Shown: positions 60,810 to 64,000 of the stretch, in pieces
How the letters are laid out: each line of letters opens with the position of its first letter
Position numbering within the stretch: the first letter of the stretch is position 1
Source: Polyangiales bacterium
Lineage (GTDB): Bacteria; Myxococcota_A; Polyangia; Polyangiales; Polyangiaceae
Reading direction: 5' to 3'
Length of the DNA: 64,000 nt
NCBI GenBank assembly: GCA_038231275.1
Contig: JBBRLQ010000012.1
Coordinates: 96,001-160,000, forward strand
Program-made: the position numbers and the translations under genes
Notes under the pieces: generated by a model
Seen by the model: only the letters and a program-made list of their open reading frames with translations
Told to the model about the DNA's origin: nothing
Databases searched by the model: none

Positions 60810-61283
60810 TCAGATCGTCTGCGCGACGCCGCCGCGCCACGGACGCGGACGCGGGTTACCGCCGGCGAGGCGATTGGCGCGGTCGCGCGTCTCACGCGCG
60901 GAGACTCGAAGCTGCCCGGCCTGCGCGCGTCGCTCCTGCGCGGACGCACGGTTCACCGCCGCCTGCGCGGAGAGCTGATTGGCCTGCGCGAGGAGGCGCG
61001 CGCGATCGAGCTCCGCTTGCGTGAAGGCGAGGTTCCGAACCTCCCGCGCGCGCGACGCGAGGTTGTCCGCAGTGCGCTCGAACGAAACGGCGGTCTGGTC
61101 CATCTGACGCGCCCGCGCGTCGAGCCGCGCGGCCTCTTGAAGGAGCTGCGTCACCGGATCCGGCGGCTGCGCGAAGTCGATGTCCTCGACGCGCTCGCCG
61201 CTGGGAGAGCAAGCGCTCGCAGGCTGCGCGACGAAGGCGGCTCCGAACACGGTCACTGCGGCGAGGATGTGGGCGAGCTTCAT
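60810..61283 (-). CDS. Secreted Ala/Arg/Gln-rich coiled-coil protein
   Basis: GGAGG RBS; signal peptide ending ASA; heptad repeats. Confidence 0.75.
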   Translation of the reverse strand: MKLAHILAAVTVFGAAFVAQPASACSPSGERVEDIDFAQPPDPVTQLLQEAARLDARARQMDQTAVSFERTADNLASRAREVRNLAFTQAELDRARLLAQANQLSAQAAVNRASAQERRAQAGQLRVSARETRDRANRLAGGNPRPRPWRGGVAQTI

Positions 61284-61398
61284 GGACGTGCCTCCGTTCC
61301 CGCTTCAGACGGCCCTCGCGGGCGAAGGATCCATGGAATCGACGAAAAATCGCAACGCGTTGGATTGACGGGAATTTATGGCTAGGTTGGAAGCGACC

Positions 61399-61818
61399 AT
61401 GGGCTGCCTCTTCTGTGATCTCGCCGCCGGGACGAGTGATCGGCACGTCCTGTCGACCGAGCACGTCGCCGCGTTCCTCGACAAGAGCCCCCTCTTTCAC
61501 GGACACGTCCTCGTGGTCCCGAAGGCGCACGCGGAGACGCTCCTCGAGCTCCCCGACGCGCGGCTCGCGGACTTCTTCGGCGCGGTGAAGCGCGTCGCGC
61601 GCGCGGTCGAAGTGGCGACGGAGGCGAAGGGCACGTTCGTCGCCATGAACAACCGCGTCAGCCAGAGCGTGCCGCACCTTCACGTGCACGTGGTCCCGCG
61701 GACACCGAAGGATGGCCTCAAGGGGTTCTTCTGGCCGCGGAAGAAATACGCGTCCGACGAAGAAGCCGCAGCGTGCGCGCAGAAGATCCGCGACGAGCTC
61801 GCGCGCGACGCCGGATGA
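61399..61818 (+). CDS. HIT family protein
   Basis: CLFC, GHVLVVPK, QSVPHLHVHVVP. Confidence 0.95.
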   Translation: MGCLFCDLAAGTSDRHVLSTEHVAAFLDKSPLFHGHVLVVPKAHAETLLELPDARLADFFGAVKRVARAVEVATEAKGTFVAMNNRVSQSVPHLHVHVVPRTPKDGLKGFFWPRKKYASDEEAAACAQKIRDELARDAG

Positions 61819-61821
61819 GCG

Positions 61822-62370
61822 TCAGCCGCGGCCGACGAGGGATTTGACGTCGATGTCGATGTTCTGGCGCTCGGCCACTTGTGCCATCGCTTCGCGCACC
61901 TTGGCGAGCGACACCTCGCGGGGGACGTCGATCTGCGCCTCGAGGCGGAACAGCGGCGAGCCGGTGACGGGCGCGTTGTAGGCGAGCGTCTCGAGCGACA
62001 CGATGTTCACGCCGACCGCGTGCAGCGCCGACGAGACGGAGCGGACGAAGCCCTCGTGATCCAGGGCCTCGGCGACGACGAGGCACGGCACGGCGGGCGC
62101 GCGGCGGTGCTCGCTCGGGCTCTTCGTCGGCTTGGTGATGACGCTGAGGCCGGTCTTCGCTTCGAGCGTGCGCGCGTCGGCGGCGATCGTGGCGACCTCG
62201 TCGGGCGTGGCGGAGACGAGCGTGAAGATGCCGAACTCCGCGCCGAAGACGGCCATGCGGCTGTCTTCGATGTTGCCGCCGCGCTCGGTGATGAACGCGG
62301 TGACCTCGGCGACGAGGCCGGGGCGGTCGGGACCCAAAGCGGAGAGGACGAGATAGGAGTCGGACGCCAT
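61822..62370 (-). CDS. gcvR: GcvR-like tandem ACT domain protein
   Basis: LGPDRPGLV, NIEDSRM, DHEGFV, NIVSLET. Confidence 0.85.
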   Translation of the reverse strand: MASDSYLVLSALGPDRPGLVAEVTAFITERGGNIEDSRMAVFGAEFGIFTLVSATPDEVATIAADARTLEAKTGLSVITKPTKSPSEHRRAPAVPCLVVAEALDHEGFVRSVSSALHAVGVNIVSLETLAYNAPVTGSPLFRLEAQIDVPREVSLAKVREAMAQVAERQNIDIDVKSLVGRG

Positions 62371-62444
62371 TGCGCGAGAGTACCGAAAGAGCGCGCGCGA
62401 CGCTGCCTGGATCCTGCCGTGCGTTGCCGATAGCCTCGTCGCGA

Positions 62445-63395
62445 ATGACGCGAGGACCTTGGCGAGCTGCGGCCGCGGCCCTCGCAGGGCTGGCCGTCGC
62501 GGCGATCCAAGCGCCCGGCCCCGCGCGCGCCGACGTGAACGGTTACGCGGTCGGGCGCTTCGATCCGTCGGAGCGCGGGAGCACCTGGTTCGCCAGTGAA
62601 TCGCTCGATTTTCGCGGGCACCTGCGCCCGGCGGCGGGGTTGGTCACCGACTTCGCGACGCAGCCGCTCGTGGTGACCGGCGACGGCGGATCGCGTCAGG
62701 CGCTCGTCACCGATCAGCTCTTCGTACACCTCGGCGGCGCGTTCACGCTAGGCGATCGGGCGCGTGTCGGCATTTCTCTCCCAGTGGCGGTGCACGAGTC
62801 GGGGCACACCGTGCTCTTTGGCGGCCGCGATCTCCACGCGCCGCCACGATCGGACATCGGCGACGTGCGCCTCGGAACGGATCTCCGCCTGGTAGGCGCG
62901 TTTGGCGCTCCCTTCACGCTCGCGCTCGGCGCGCAGATCTATTTGCCGAGCGGGAGGCGCGACTCGTTCACGGGAGACGAGACGCTCCGCACGCACACCC
63001 GTGCGCTCGTCGCGGGAGAGATCGGCGCGCTCGTCTACGCGGCGCGCGCGGGTCTCATGTTCCGTCCGCTCGCGGCGCACTTCGCCGGCGCGGAGCTCGG
63101 CAGCGAGCTGACGTTCGGCGGCGCGGTCGGCACCAAGCTCGCCGGCGGGCGGGTCGTCCTCGGACCGGAGCTCTTCGGCAGCGCGGTCGTCACCGGGGCC
63201 GATGCGTGGCGCGCGCGAAAGACGCCCCTCGAGCTGCTCCTCGGCATCCACGGCGATCTGGTCGCCGACTGGCGCGCGGGCGTCGGAATCGGCGGGCATC
63301 TCACGGACGGCGAAGGTGCGCCGACCGTCCGCGTCGTCGCGTCGGTCGAGTGGGCGCCGGGTCCGAGCGCATCCGCAAGCACATCCGTGCCTTGA
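62445..63395 (+). CDS. Outer-membrane barrel-like protein (N-terminal module of myxobacterial OmpA-family proteins)
   Basis: Signal peptide ending ARA; RFDPSERGSTWF, GDVRLG, GAPTVRVV; no TSP3 or OmpA domain follows. Confidence 0.75.
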   Translation: MTRGPWRAAAAALAGLAVAAIQAPGPARADVNGYAVGRFDPSERGSTWFASESLDFRGHLRPAAGLVTDFATQPLVVTGDGGSRQALVTDQLFVHLGGAFTLGDRARVGISLPVAVHESGHTVLFGGRDLHAPPRSDIGDVRLGTDLRLVGAFGAPFTLALGAQIYLPSGRRDSFTGDETLRTHTRALVAGEIGALVYAARAGLMFRPLAAHFAGAELGSELTFGGAVGTKLAGGRVVLGPELFGSAVVTGADAWRARKTPLELLLGIHGDLVADWRAGVGIGGHLTDGEGAPTVRVVASVEWAPGPSASASTSVP

Positions 63396-63426
63396 CGCGG
63401 CGCGCGACGTGGCCAAGTTGTGGTCC

Positions 63427-64000
63427 ATGTGCCCCCGCTGCCACAAGAACGCGCCCATCGTGTATCGCGGCATGGCAGCGTACTGCACGGCGTGCGGCGC
63501 CCCGCGACTTCCCCTCGCGGCCAGCTCGGTGACGCTCGCCGGGAAGGGATCGAGGATCGGCGGCACCGTCGCGCGAGGCTTCGGGTGGGTCATCCTCGTC
63601 GGCGGCCTGTCGGTCGCGCTCATCATCGGCGCGTTTCTCCAGTGGGTCATCGAGGGAGGCGTCGCCGGCTACGCGATCGGCGGGCCGATCGCGTTCGCGT
63701 CGCTCGTCTTCGGCTACCTGCTCTTGAAGGGTGGCAAGTCCCTGCATCGGCAGGGCGCGGGCGAGGAGAAGGGTGCCCGCACGCGCGCGCTCTTTGCGCT
63801 CGCGCAGCACCGCAACGGGATGATCACGGCGATGGACGCCGCGCAGGCACTCGACATCTCGCCCGCCGACGCAGACGCGCTCCTCACCGATCTCGCGAAG
63901 ACGACGCCCGAGCAAGTGTCGCTCGAGCTCGACGACGCGGGCGGCATTTTCTTCCGCTTCCTGCAGTTCACCGGCGGGCTCGGCACCTGGCAAGGTCCGG
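63427..64000 (+). CDS. Zn-ribbon + 2-TM + winged-helix-like protein; 3' end runs off the window
   Basis: Not in the ORF track. My translation: MCPRCHK...CTACG, two TM helices, NGMITAMDAAQALDISPADADALL. TTGACG-N16-CAAGTT upstream. Confidence 0.75.
   Translation, partial: MCPRCHKNAPIVYRGMAAYCTACGAPRLPLAASSVTLAGKGSRIGGTVARGFGWVILVGGLSVALIIGAFLQWVIEGGVAGYAIGGPIAFASLVFGYLLLKGGKSLHRQGAGEEKGARTRALFALAQHRNGMITAMDAAQALDISPADADALLTDLAKTTPEQVSLELDDAGGIFFRFLQFTGGLGTWQGP

Overview
A GC-rich bacterial chromosomal window with about 60 genes. Gene content points to a myxobacterium, probably of the Polyangiaceae/Labilithrix type (inference): many Cys-lipoproteins with DAG/DGG linkers, three membrane Ser/Thr kinases, TPR-PEGA-type proteins and a MYXO-CTERM-like sorting signal. 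I found no rRNA, tRNA, CRISPR array, integrase or transposase. Recognisable genes include serA, a GcvR-like ACT protein, an ABC-F ATPase, an AmpG/RhtX MFS transporter, an ECF sigma factor, a DUF3516-type Ski2-like helicase, a GltP/DctA symporter, an acyl-CoA ligase and an aldehyde dehydrogenase. The most interesting structures are: (1) a ~520-bp antitoxin/RelE-like islet bracketed by an ~85-bp duplication of the 3' end of its neighbouring gene, with no integrase; (2) a Ku-less PolX-PHP / Prim-PolC / LigC repair triad whose primase-polymerase has an extra C-terminal domain; (3) an NfeD-flotillin operon with a minimal K+ channel carrying a GYAD filter; (4) two PHM-type copper monooxygenase lipoproteins, one fused to a heme-c motif; (5) a stand-alone ClpX zinc-finger microprotein followed by a nested palindrome; and (6) apparently pervasive leaderless genes (TANNNT-N6/7-start) plus five sigma54-type promoters. 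All product calls come from motif recognition by eye; no database search was run.
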